Below, in pieces: positions 9,406 through 18,179 of a DNA stretch of 32,000 bases. Positions within the stretch are counted from its first letter, which is position 1. The number at the start of each line of letters is the position of its first letter. This DNA comes from Acaryochloris marina MBIC11017. GTDB taxonomy: Bacteria > Cyanobacteriota > Cyanobacteriia > Thermosynechococcales > Thermosynechococcaceae. Under the pieces are notes generated by a model. It did not search any database, had not been told where the DNA came from, and was given only the letters and a program-made list of their open reading frames with translations. Where the stretch lies: the NCBI RefSeq assembly GCF_000018105.1, contig NC_009925.1, positions 3,150,001-3,182,000 on the forward strand, written 5' to 3'. A program made the translations under genes and the position numbers.

Positions 9406-10155
9406 TTGTACATATCATCTGAGCAACTAAAACAAGATCTGATAAATGTCGGTGTCTGTGCTGGCGATACGCTTATGGTCCATGCTTCACTTCGCGCCCT
9501 TGGACCCATCGACGGCAGAGCTGAAGCATTGGTAAGGACTGTGCTTTCAGTCTTGGGAAATCAAGGGACACTCGTCGCTTATGTCGATTTTGAACCGACG
9601 CCCGATATTCCTTACTTCGATCCGCAAAGGTCGCCAGCTAGTCAAGAATTTGGTGTCTTAGTTGAAGTGGTTCGGACTTGGCCGGGAGCGGTTCGTTCTC
9701 TTAATCCTGGTGCCTCCATGGTGGCGATTGGCGCTCAGGCTGAGTGGCTATGTCACGGTCATCCTCTGAACTATGGCTATGGTCCTGGTTCTCCCTTATC
9801 TAAGCTGGTGGAAATTGGTGGAAAAATTCTATTGCTGGGCTCGGATTTGAACAATGTGACGATTCTCCATTACGCCGAACATTGTGCTCGGTTGCCCAAT
9901 AAGCGCGTGATTCAGCGGACCGATCGAATGCTTGTCGATGAGACTGTTGTGGATGTTGGCATCGAAGAATTCGATACGAGTGCATTGGTGATTGATGCAA
10001 TGCCGACGGATTACTTTGCGCAGATTACCCAGGAATTTGTAGACGCTAGATATGCTCACACGGGCAGGGTAGGCAATGCACCCTCAATTCTTCTTCCAGC
10101 GCCAGAATTTGTATCCTTTGCGATCGCAAAAATGGAACGAGAATTTGGTGGGTGA
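9406..10155 (+). CDS. AAC(3)-family (Antibiotic_NAT) N-acetyltransferase
   Basis: L..VGVCAGDTLMVHASLRALGPIDGRAEALVRTVLSVLGNQGTLV is the characteristic N-terminal block of aminoglycoside 3-N-acetyltransferases. TTG start. Substrate unknown. Confidence 0.75.
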   Translation: MYISSEQLKQDLINVGVCAGDTLMVHASLRALGPIDGRAEALVRTVLSVLGNQGTLVAYVDFEPTPDIPYFDPQRSPASQEFGVLVEVVRTWPGAVRSLNPGASMVAIGAQAEWLCHGHPLNYGYGPGSPLSKLVEIGGKILLLGSDLNNVTILHYAEHCARLPNKRVIQRTDRMLVDETVVDVGIEEFDTSALVIDAMPTDYFAQITQEFVDARYAHTGRVGNAPSILLPAPEFVSFAIAKMEREFGG

Positions 10156-10248
10156 GTGGTTCAATCAGTACTGGTCATTCTTCAACCCTTTGTAGGGATA
10201 AATTTTTAGAACAATACGATTTCGTTAAAAAGTAGTCGCTGGATAGGC

Positions 10249-10294
10249 CAACCCCGAAGAGAGAAGTAGACTGCCACTTCTCTCTTCGGGGTTG
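10249..10294. terminator. Perfect 19-bp-stem hairpin between convergent genes (candidate bidirectional terminator or REP-like element)
   Basis: caaccccgaagagagaagt / 8-nt loop / acttctctcttcggggttg, verified base by base. There is no U-tract on either side. Confidence 0.55.
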
Positions 10295-10306
10295 CAGAAT
10301 CAACGA

Positions 10307-10900
10307 TTAGCGATGGAGTAGTTCCCTGCGATGCTTCAACAGCGTATCTATCGCAACTATGCTACTTGCACCTGTTACAGGCACGCCAAAGAGCGGAATT
10401 AGAACAATGGGAAACGTGGCAATGTTCTCCATTAGGGGGACTTGTAGCACCGTAAAGGTCAATCCTGTCCCAACTGCGATCGCAAAATCGATCTGACCCA
10501 ATAGATGAAATACGAGATATTTCTGAAGACTGGGCTGGCCGATCAAAATCAGTGGAACCAATAAACCAACTGCCAAATCGCCATATCCCGCATTGATTAC
10601 AAATTGTCGGGGAAGCAAGGCTTGACTGCCGTAATACAGGAAAGTGATACCCGCTCCAATCCGCCATAGGTGAAATAGGATCAGGTGGCGAGGATTAAGA
10701 GAGGCCAGGTAGGTATAAATGGCTGGAATTGTGTAATACAGAAGCAGTAGCATAGCCAAACTAACGACTACCAGAATAGATAGGCTAGGCAACGGTAGAA
10801 GGGTAAACCAATTGAGGGAACCCGCGATGGCGACAGTACTGCCCCAAATCCCTAGTCCAATTAGGATGTGTTGTTCTGTTGGCTTGATGGTGTTCAACAT
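10307..10900 (-). CDS. Hypothetical polytopic membrane protein (about 6 TM)
   Basis: Hydrophobic throughout. I prefer the internal ATG at 10898-10900 because a GGAG lies ~8 nt upstream. It is last in a TetR-SDR-membrane gene string. Confidence 0.6.
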   Translation of the reverse strand: MLNTIKPTEQHILIGLGIWGSTVAIAGSLNWFTLLPLPSLSILVVVSLAMLLLLYYTIPAIYTYLASLNPRHLILFHLWRIGAGITFLYYGSQALLPRQFVINAGYGDLAVGLLVPLILIGQPSLQKYLVFHLLGQIDFAIAVGTGLTFTVLQVPLMENIATFPIVLIPLFGVPVTGASSIVAIDTLLKHRRELLHR

Positions 10901-10957
10901 AAAAATCTCCAGTAATGTTGAGGGGCCAGCCAGTTTCAACTGACTGGCTGCAAAGAC

Positions 10958-11701
10958 TTATTCTTCGGTCATCGTGACTTCGACAACGTTTGTCGCAAAG
11001 CTTTGATAAGCGCCACCAATTTGTTGAGCCATCGTGTCTGGAAAGACATGAAATTCCCCGGTTTTGAGCGCTGCAATGATGCCATCGGCCACTATAGTGG
11101 GAGATTCGGCAATGTCTCCCAGGCCAGCCGCACTGCTCATATCCGTTGCAATTGGACCTGGATGAATGCTGAGTACCCTCGTGCCTTGCTCGCTGAGTAG
11201 CTCACGCAACGCTTGAGTCATCGCATATGAAGCTGCTTTGGACGCAGAATAGGTGGCAAAGTTGGCAAAGGTCTTAATGGAGACAACGGAATTGAGTTGG
11301 ACAAAGGCTCCTCCACCGTTGGCTTTGAGAGTCGGGGCAAAAGCTTGGGCCATTCGAATGAGGCCATACACGTTGATATCCATTTCCAGTTGCAAAGATG
11401 CGATCGCATCTTCAGCCAAAGGTGTGGTGCCTTGGAAAGCCCCGGCATTGTTCACCACCATCTGCACATCGGATGCAATTTGAGCAGCGGCAGTAATGGA
11501 ATCAACGTCGCCTAAATTAATTTGAATTGGGACAATTTTGTCGCCATAGGTTTCCACCAGGGCAGTGGCGCTATCCAGATTGCGAACGGCGGCATAGACT
11601 TTGGCTGCACCCTGTTCTATCAAAGAGGTCACTAAGGTTTTGCCAATGCCGCGATTAGCACCTGTAACCAAAATGGTTTTGTTAGCAATATCGAACGTCA
11701 T
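10958..11701 (-). CDS. Short-chain dehydrogenase/reductase (SDR)
   Basis: TGANRGIGK (TGxxxGxG), NNAG and the YSASK catalytic YxxxK are present. I prefer the ATG at 11699-11701, which is preceded by GGAGA. Confidence 0.9.
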   Translation of the reverse strand: MTFDIANKTILVTGANRGIGKTLVTSLIEQGAAKVYAAVRNLDSATALVETYGDKIVPIQINLGDVDSITAAAQIASDVQMVVNNAGAFQGTTPLAEDAIASLQLEMDINVYGLIRMAQAFAPTLKANGGGAFVQLNSVVSIKTFANFATYSASKAASYAMTQALRELLSEQGTRVLSIHPGPIATDMSSAAGLGDIAESPTIVADGIIAALKTGEFHVFPDTMAQQIGGAYQSFATNVVEVTMTEE

Positions 11702-11764
11702 GGGATTGTCTCCTGTAGGTAAGATTAAACTTTGAACGATTGGTCTAAGTTGAGCCAAAAAAAA

Positions 11765-12355
11765 TTAACTGCTCTCCAGCAAGGACATTGCCGCTTCCAC
11801 CGTTCCGTCTAGTAAGGTGTCATCTTCCATAACGCGGCCTAGCAAGGCCATCCCCTGGGTTGTACAGAGCAGTAGCTGAGCCAGGTGACGAGGATGAACG
11901 GTAGAACTGATTTCTCCCTGGTCTTGGGCATGGGTTAATGCGGTAGTGAACACATCTTCTAGTTGGCGTAAATAGGTCCGCATCACTTTTGCGATCGCTT
12001 CGTCGTGGGTATTAAAGTCAGCAATATTCGTGCCGAGCATACAGCCACAACTCCCCGATTGACTGTGCATGATCTGCCAGTCTTTCAGTAAGTGCTTGAG
12101 GTTGCCCAGAGGTGACCCTTCTGCATTCAGGCGATCGCGTATATCCCTTAGGGTGGTTCGAGCGTAGTAATCAAGTGCCTTTAGAAAGAGCGATTGCTTA
12201 TTGCCAAAGGTGTCATACAGACTTTTCTTACCAATCCCCATATTTTTCAGCAATTCTGAGAGGCTAGCGGCTTCATAACCGTGCGCCCAAAATACTTCCA
12301 TCGCCTTACTAAGGGCGACTTCAGTATCGAATTGCTTATCGGGACCCCGTGTCAT
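11765..12355 (-). CDS. TetR/AcrR-family transcriptional regulator
   Basis: The N-terminal HTH (ALSKAMEVFWAHGYEAASLSELLKNMGIGKKSLYDTFGNKQSLF) is classic TetR_N. I prefer the ATG at 12353-12355. Confidence 0.9.
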   Translation of the reverse strand: MTRGPDKQFDTEVALSKAMEVFWAHGYEAASLSELLKNMGIGKKSLYDTFGNKQSLFLKALDYYARTTLRDIRDRLNAEGSPLGNLKHLLKDWQIMHSQSGSCGCMLGTNIADFNTHDEAIAKVMRTYLRQLEDVFTTALTHAQDQGEISSTVHPRHLAQLLLCTTQGMALLGRVMEDDTLLDGTVEAAMSLLESS

Positions 12356-12395
12356 TGCGAACCTATGGGTGACTTGACCATGTATCAAAACTAAC

Positions 12396-12423
12396 ATAAC
12401 TTAAACCAATTGGTCAAGGTTAT
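12396..12423. promoter_or_regulatory. Imperfect 28-bp palindrome upstream of the TetR gene (candidate operator)
   Basis: ATAACttaAACCAATTGGTcaaGGTTAT. 11 of 14 positions pair and the central 10 bp are perfect. It lies 41-68 nt upstream of the preferred TetR ATG. Confidence 0.3.
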
Positions 12424-12459
12424 TTTTAAAGTCATAACTTCGATATGTTATTAATTTTT

Positions 12460-12488
12460 TTTTGAGAATAAAAATGTTATTCTCAAAA
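12460..12488. promoter_or_regulatory. Perfect 12-bp inverted repeat with a 5-nt spacer in the divergent TetR / YHS intergenic region
   Basis: ttttgagaataa-aaatg-ttattctcaaaa, checked base by base. It could be an operator or a hairpin. Confidence 0.3.
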
Positions 12489-12576
12489 GCGGTCTAGAAT
12501 AATCACGCAAATACTCTTGTGATGTTTAGGGTTGACGTTACGCTTCTCTCTTTAGCCCATCTTTTCTCAATAGCTT

Positions 12577-13095
12577 ATGAAGCCTAAACCGAACCTGCTC
12601 TCGCTTTTTGCAAATACAACTGTGCTGATGATGGCACTTTGTGGGACAGCCTCGCTCATGATTCCTGAGTGGACGAGATTAGCCGCAGCGAATCCCGATA
12701 CTCGTTCGACGGCTTCCTCAACTCCTATTTTTGTGGACAATGGTGCGGCCATTCGAGGCACAGATCCAGTGGCATATTTTACAGAAGGCGAACCAGTACA
12801 AGGACTCCGAGAGTTTGCTTATGAGTGGGAAGGGGCAACTTGGCTATTTGCCAGTGCTGAGCATCGAGACCGATTTGCCGATAATCCACGAGCTTATGCA
12901 CCTCAATATGGAGGGTTCTGTGCGTATGGCTTGAGTTATGGTGCGTTGGTGTCGACGATGCCAGATGCTTGGTCTATTGTCGATGGCAAGCTGTATTTGA
13001 ATTACAGTATCGCTATTCAAAATCAGTGGAAAGAAGACACCACCGGTAATATTGACCGAGCCAATCTAAATTGGCTGGATTTAAGTTCTAAATAG
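12577..13095 (+). CDS. Secreted YHS-domain protein
   Basis: Signal peptide present (KPKPNLLSLFANTTVLMMALCGTASLM). Body motifs are G.DPVAYF..G.PV.G, FASAEHRDRFADNPRAYAPQYGGFCAYG and DGKLYLNYS. Confidence 0.7.
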   Translation: MKPKPNLLSLFANTTVLMMALCGTASLMIPEWTRLAAANPDTRSTASSTPIFVDNGAAIRGTDPVAYFTEGEPVQGLREFAYEWEGATWLFASAEHRDRFADNPRAYAPQYGGFCAYGLSYGALVSTMPDAWSIVDGKLYLNYSIAIQNQWKEDTTGNIDRANLNWLDLSSK

Positions 13096-14023
13096 TTTTA
13101 TAAGCTGGAGTGAGACCTGTTTTGGCCATTTCGTAAATTGCTTGCTCGTACCTTGTTAGCAAGTCTAATTGCTTTAATAACTGCATCAGTCGCTGCGAGA
13201 GTTCAGCATGATTGATACAGGTACACAGTATCTCAACCGCTTCGTCAAGATTAGTGACATCATAGGTTTTCTGCTCATCGTCCAAAGCTTCGATTGCATC
13301 AAATAATTGTTCAAGCCGCTGGGTTGATTCTTGAGTCTTACCCAGTTTTGCAGCACAGAGGGCTAATTGCTCATCTCGTTTGAGCTTTCGCCATAACCAT
13401 GTAGGGTGTTGTGACAAGAGGCTGTCCATATCAACGGCGAGATAGGACTGATAAGCCGATTGCCAAACACCAAGGTCATGATAGCAATGGGCTTGATATA
13501 GAATTGCCATCTGATGATCGGGTTGTAGAGCATGGGCATGCTCAAAGCAACTTAAAGCTTTCCTTTGGTATGGAGATTGAGGCTCATGCCTAGCAGGATG
13601 GTTGTAGTACAGTAGCCCTTGCCTGAAGAAAATGTCTGCATCATCAGGGGCTATTGCTGCTGCCCGGTTCAAAGCATATTCTGCATCAAGTGCAATCTGA
13701 AGCCGTGTTTGATAATTGGGAGTGTGCCATTCTTCAATCCAATCCAAGGCAGATACGGCTAAGGATATCAAGACCTCGATGTTGTTAGGATCTGCTTTTT
13801 CAGCAGCGGTATAAATTCGTTTTAATCCTGACCAGCCATCTTCAAACCTCTCGTGTTCAAGAGAGATTGCTAGACGTCGGAGTAATTCGGACTGATCAGG
13901 AGCCAGATCTTCAGCTGTGGAAATAAATTGGGCAATTTTATTGTTTGTGACCCTAATAAGCGATGCGTTTTCCGTAAAGGCTTCAACTAATTCGGAAGGA
14001 AGAGGCAACAAGTCCATCAACAC
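13088..14023 (-). CDS. Hypothetical alpha-helical (TPR-like) repeat protein
   Basis: Long ORF with helical-repeat character and no catalytic motif that I recognise. An ATG at 14015-14017 is an alternative start. Its 3' end overlaps the convergent YHS gene by 8 nt. Confidence 0.5.
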   Translation of the reverse strand: MLMDLLPLPSELVEAFTENASLIRVTNNKIAQFISTAEDLAPDQSELLRRLAISLEHERFEDGWSGLKRIYTAAEKADPNNIEVLISLAVSALDWIEEWHTPNYQTRLQIALDAEYALNRAAAIAPDDADIFFRQGLLYYNHPARHEPQSPYQRKALSCFEHAHALQPDHQMAILYQAHCYHDLGVWQSAYQSYLAVDMDSLLSQHPTWLWRKLKRDEQLALCAAKLGKTQESTQRLEQLFDAIEALDDEQKTYDVTNLDEAVEILCTCINHAELSQRLMQLLKQLDLLTRYEQAIYEMAKTGLTPAYKTI

Positions 14024-14105
14024 GCAAGAATTTTCTGGAGTTTGATGCTCTCAGTGTAGTCAACAAACCGGAACATCAGCTGGTAACTGACATACAAGTT
14101 GGATT

Positions 14106-14726
14106 CTAGGTATCAAGGCGGATATCGTCCCATTCGTCACGACTATGCAGCCATTCAAAAGCATAATGACGTTGGACTAGTACGTCGTAGATTAAGTCGT
14201 CTGGAACCGTGTTGCTTTTGAACGCTTGCCGAGCGTAGCAGTGCAAATTGTAGACCCGATTATCTTCAACCCATAGGGCACTTGATGACCTTAGCTTGGC
14301 TGAAGCGATAAAGGTGGCAATCGGATCATCCAGTTTGGGCATGATGTCATCTACCAGGGTTGCTGTATTACAGGTTTGGGTAGGCAATCCCAGAGATTGA
14401 ACTTTAGAGATAGACCACAGCAAGGTCCATTCTGCTTCTATGCGCCAACCTAAACGCCTGCGTTCTTCATTGGTCATTTCCTTGGCGGTGAACCAAGTTT
14501 TTTCTAGGGGTGAGACATAATCCCATATCTGCTGATCTTTGAGCCAATCAACTAAACATTTGGAATCCACCCTGTATCCAACAGCTGCAACGGTATGCAG
14601 GATGATGGATCGAATTGCAATTTCTTCGACTGAACGTGGGCATGGCTCCCCTACCTGTTCCTTGAAGGGAACGGTTGCTTCGATGCATACGCCATGAGTT
14701 TGAGCCCATTCAATGGTGGTAGTCAT
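14106..14726 (-). CDS. Hypothetical protein, DUF4272-like
   Basis: EEIAIRSIILHTV...DWLKDQQIWDYVSPLEKTWF......W.IEAEWTLLWSI resembles the DUF4272 pattern as I remember it. Confidence 0.45.
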   Translation of the reverse strand: MTTTIEWAQTHGVCIEATVPFKEQVGEPCPRSVEEIAIRSIILHTVAAVGYRVDSKCLVDWLKDQQIWDYVSPLEKTWFTAKEMTNEERRRLGWRIEAEWTLLWSISKVQSLGLPTQTCNTATLVDDIMPKLDDPIATFIASAKLRSSSALWVEDNRVYNLHCYARQAFKSNTVPDDLIYDVLVQRHYAFEWLHSRDEWDDIRLDT

Positions 14727-14765
14727 GATGTGAATGATGGGGGTGGTTTACCTCTTGGTGAGTCC

Positions 14766-15236
14766 TTAACTGTCTTGATTGAGGTAAGGCCTGCCGTCTT
14801 TATGGGTGAATTGCCACCCTTCCTCAACCCATTGAGCCACTAAGTCATCATCGGGATATTCCACCCGATCATCAGAGGTGCGATCGCCAATTTCTAGATA
14901 AACTGCATCCGCATCAGACTCATTGCATAAATGGTGGCCATTCGCTTCTCCAGCAGGAAAACCAGCCGCCATCCCTGCTGTCAGATTTTCCTTGCCTGCA
15001 TTGATTTTCAGAACCAATTCACCTTCCACCACATAGATCAATTCGTCCTGTCGGCTATGCCAATGGCGAAGGGCAGAACAACTGCCCGGTGCTAACCGGA
15101 CTAGGTTGACGCCAAAGTTTTTGAGACCGGCTGCATCCCCAAGCCGCTGTTTACTGCGACCCGCCACTTGAGCCCTAAAAATCGAAGGGTAGTTGGAGCC
15201 AGTGTGGATGGGAATTTGAGAGAGATTGAGTCGCAT
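14766..15236 (-). CDS. Cupin-domain protein
   Basis: Cupin_2 core HWHSRQDELIYVVEGELVL...G...GFPAG..NGHHL. Confidence 0.8.
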   Translation of the reverse strand: MRLNLSQIPIHTGSNYPSIFRAQVAGRSKQRLGDAAGLKNFGVNLVRLAPGSCSALRHWHSRQDELIYVVEGELVLKINAGKENLTAGMAAGFPAGEANGHHLCNESDADAVYLEIGDRTSDDRVEYPDDDLVAQWVEEGWQFTHKDGRPYLNQDS

Positions 15237-15318
15237 GGGTGGTCCTAGTGAAGGAGGCTATGATTATTGTGGTGGGTTTCCTCGCCATGTAGAGATTTTG
15301 TGGTGAGGATTTTAAGGT

Positions 15319-15609
15319 ATGAAATGGGTTAGAGCCATTGGCGGTATTGCCGTAGCTGTGGGGCTGGTTGTGGGTTGGAAGTTTTATAACCGGTTCAGTA
15401 TGGCGGCAAACGTCAGACAGATATTTCTAGCAGCCTGTGCTGAAGAGAGTCAATGCACAGGTGCAGTTGACCAGCATTTTCAGTCTTGTTTTGATGCTAA
15501 CTATCATTGGGGGGGGCGTCGCCAAGCGGGTCATTTAAATGGGAATAAATTTACAGATTGTCTAAGGGAGAAGGCTGGCGCGCCTGTCCTCCCAGATCCA
15601 TCAAAATAG
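15319..15609 (+). CDS. Small hypothetical membrane-anchored, Cys-containing protein
   Basis: One N-terminal TM (AIGGIAVAVGLVVGW) followed by a soluble part with 4 Cys. No family recognised. Confidence 0.4.
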   Translation: MKWVRAIGGIAVAVGLVVGWKFYNRFSMAANVRQIFLAACAEESQCTGAVDQHFQSCFDANYHWGGRRQAGHLNGNKFTDCLREKAGAPVLPDPSK

Positions 15610-15693
15610 ACGGCTTGTCCTACCCTGTTTTCTTGTGGCTGTCTACAATGCTTATGGGCGGTCTTAAAGGACGGGCTCATCCCTTTTCAAGTT

Positions 15694-16221
15694 TTGAGGA
15701 ACATCCTAAAAAATATGCTGCATCGATTGACTGCCTTAGCTTGGGCAAGCTTGGTCTCTATTGTCCTTCTCATGAGCCCTTCGGCTTCTGCTGCGACCTT
15801 AGGGGCATTGCCTGGAGCTGCGAGCTTATTTGCTGGCAACGCTCCTGAGTTGGGTGTGCAGGAAGGACAGCTCTCCCCCTGTCCTGATTCGCCGAATTGT
15901 GTGGCCAGCCAAAACGCAGATGCAGATCATGCGATCGCACCCCTGTCTTACAGCAGTGATCGCGACACTGCCCGAGAAACGCTGTTAAAAGTATTAACCG
16001 TTGTGCCTCGAACCCGAGTGGTAGAGCAGACCAACGATTACATTCGGTTTGAATCCAGCAGTCGATTGTTGGGGTTTGTCGATGATGGTGAGTTTTATTT
16101 CCCTGCTGAAGACAACATTATTCAGATGCGTTCCGCCTCCCGAGTGGGAGAGTCCGATCTCAGCGTTAATCGCCGAAGAATGGAGCAAATTCGCCTCGCC
16201 CTCCAGGACTTAGGTGTGTAG
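15694..16221 (+). CDS. DUF1499-domain protein (secreted)
   Basis: Signal peptide plus the hallmark LSPCPDSPNCVASQ motif of DUF1499. An ATG a few codons downstream (MLHRL) is an alternative start. Confidence 0.7.
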   Translation: MRNILKNMLHRLTALAWASLVSIVLLMSPSASAATLGALPGAASLFAGNAPELGVQEGQLSPCPDSPNCVASQNADADHAIAPLSYSSDRDTARETLLKVLTVVPRTRVVEQTNDYIRFESSSRLLGFVDDGEFYFPAEDNIIQMRSASRVGESDLSVNRRRMEQIRLALQDLGV

Positions 16222-16223
16222 AC

Positions 16224-17381
16224 GTGACCAAATTACTGCGGTATTGCTTGCCGCTGTTGTGTTGTGTGCTGCTGTTGACGGGTTGTGATCTGCCCCAGGT
16301 AACGGCAGAAGCCCGCATCTTCCTCAATCTATCTGTGGATTATTTAGGCGGGTATCAACTCTATGAAACGGAGTTTGACGGGACACGCTTCGGTGGCATT
16401 TCTGCGATTACCTATGATCGAAATCGCGATCGCTTCTATGCCTTGTCTGATGACCGGGTGCAACCTCGCTTTTACACCTTGAACTTGCAATTGGATCAAA
16501 CGAAACCCAATCGTCCCCAGATTCAAACCCTGGAAATTGAAAATGTCACTTTCTTACAAAATGAAGACGCACAGCCTTATAAGACCGATCGAATTGATCC
16601 AGAAGGAATCGCCCTGACCCCTCAGGACAAGTTGTGGGTGAGCAGTGAAGGCGTCTCCCGTTTACAGAGTCCCCCTGCTCTAATCGAATTTGATCTGAAA
16701 GGTCAGTGGCAACAACAGCTCACCTTGCCCAAGCAATTTTTGCCGATTCCTGCCACTGACGAGAATCCTAACCCACCGCCCCACGGCATTGACGATAATC
16801 GCGGTTTTGAAGCGTTGACTCTGAATCCAGAAGGCGATCGCATCTTCGTAGCCATCGAAGCTCCCTTACAGCAAGATTACCCAGACGCCGAGGTGGAAGG
16901 AGAAACCCAGCATTACAACCGCTTTCTTCACTATTGGATTGGCGAACCTCAGCCCCAATTTTTAGCCAACTACCTTTATCCTCTCAAGTCGGCTGATCTA
17001 CTCAAAGGGCTAAACGGTCTGACAGAACTGTTGACCGTGGACAGTGCCGGACATTTCCTCAGCCTTGAGCGATCCTACAGTCCATTTACAGGGTTCAGTG
17101 CTGAAATCTTTCAAATGACGACTGCCCTTGCCCGAGATACCTCCAAAATTGATCCCTTACCCAGCGACCTCACCGGTATTACACCCATTCAAAAACAGCC
17201 CCTCCTGGATTTGAAGCAGCTCAAAATTCCCGGCAGCAATTTGGAAGGCATGATGTGGGGACCTCAGTTAGCCGATGGCAGCCAGTCTCTAGTTCTAGTC
17301 AGCGACAACAATTTTGAGCCGAATGAACCAACTCAGTTCTTGCTATTTCGCCTCCGCCAAGATAGTCAGCTCGTGTCTTAA
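16224..17381 (+). CDS. Phytase-like esterase family lipoprotein
   Basis: Lipobox LLLTGC. RFGGISAITYDRNRDRFYALSDD and NRGFEALT resemble the 'esterase-like activity of phytase' family. GTG start 2 nt after the DUF1499 stop. Confidence 0.7.
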   Translation: MTKLLRYCLPLLCCVLLLTGCDLPQVTAEARIFLNLSVDYLGGYQLYETEFDGTRFGGISAITYDRNRDRFYALSDDRVQPRFYTLNLQLDQTKPNRPQIQTLEIENVTFLQNEDAQPYKTDRIDPEGIALTPQDKLWVSSEGVSRLQSPPALIEFDLKGQWQQQLTLPKQFLPIPATDENPNPPPHGIDDNRGFEALTLNPEGDRIFVAIEAPLQQDYPDAEVEGETQHYNRFLHYWIGEPQPQFLANYLYPLKSADLLKGLNGLTELLTVDSAGHFLSLERSYSPFTGFSAEIFQMTTALARDTSKIDPLPSDLTGITPIQKQPLLDLKQLKIPGSNLEGMMWGPQLADGSQSLVLVSDNNFEPNEPTQFLLFRLRQDSQLVS

Positions 17382-17384
17382 TTC

Positions 17385-18059
17385 CTATTCGCCGATGGTC
17401 ACTTCCGCGGGCGGTAAAGTGCCAATGCGATCAAAGGGCAGAAAACGAAAGACAGCTCTTCCTACTAGATCGGCATGGGCAACTAATCCCCAACAGCGAC
17501 CATCATAGCTATTGCCTCGGTTATCGCCTAAAACAAGGTAATGCTTGTCTGGAATCGTTTGAGGCTTTTCTAAAAAGATAGGAACGGGCGGTTCAATGGG
17601 CTGGCTATCGACATCTGAAGTGACATAATTGTTACGGCAGTGGTCTTCGCTAGGTCCAACAGTGACGCCTTCAGCGGTGTAATTTTCTTTAATGGGCTGA
17701 TTGTTGACCCAAACCACCCCATTTTTGATTTCAACTTGATCACCGGGGACACCCACGACCCGTTTAATAAACGCTTCTTTAAAATTGGCTCGCTTTAAGG
17801 ATTCAGTAGGATTGAACACCACTACATCACCCCGTTCAGGATCCCGAAAGCGATAGGTGACTTTATCAATGATCAAACGATCATGAATTTGCAAAGTGGG
17901 TTCCATCGACCCGGATGGAATAAAGCGGGCTTCCGCGACAAAGGTGCGAATTCCAAATGCCAAAAGTAGACTTAACCCGACCGTCTTGGCTGCTTCCACC
18001 CACCAAGATTCTTCTGGTTGTTCCGTTGGTTTCAGATCAGGGGGTTGGGGTTGCGTCAT
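17385..18059 (-). CDS. lepB: Signal peptidase I (paralogue A)
   Basis: Catalytic Ser box IPSGSMEPTL, Lys box KRVVGVPGD, and GDNRGNSYDGRCWG. Confidence 0.9.
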   Translation of the reverse strand: MTQPQPPDLKPTEQPEESWWVEAAKTVGLSLLLAFGIRTFVAEARFIPSGSMEPTLQIHDRLIIDKVTYRFRDPERGDVVVFNPTESLKRANFKEAFIKRVVGVPGDQVEIKNGVVWVNNQPIKENYTAEGVTVGPSEDHCRNNYVTSDVDSQPIEPPVPIFLEKPQTIPDKHYLVLGDNRGNSYDGRCWGLVAHADLVGRAVFRFLPFDRIGTLPPAEVTIGE

Positions 18060-18179
18060 AAAGATAGGTACAGGCCTTGAAGGATAGGGATGGGTTACGT
18101 CTTACAAATCAGTTTTCCCAGTAAGTTGATTTATAACACAATCCTGTCTGGTCAGCGCTTGTGCTTGATCACAGCCGTC

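Noticed and set aside
9406-10155. Calling the AAC(3) homologue a mobile antibiotic-resistance determinant
   Set aside because: It has no adjacent mobility genes, integron features or plasmid markers, and its composition is similar to the host. Only family membership can be supported.
11003-11515. Four ORFs (65-76 aa) overlapping the SDR gene: three antisense on the plus strand and one alternate-frame on the minus strand
   Set aside because: They are antisense or alternate-frame overlaps of a gene with complete SDR motifs. They show no family features.
15558-15848. 96-aa plus-strand ORF bridging the small Cys protein and the DUF1499 gene
   Set aside because: It overlaps both neighbours out of frame and has an odd composition. 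The DUF1499 reading (signal peptide plus the CPDSPNCV motif) explains the region better.
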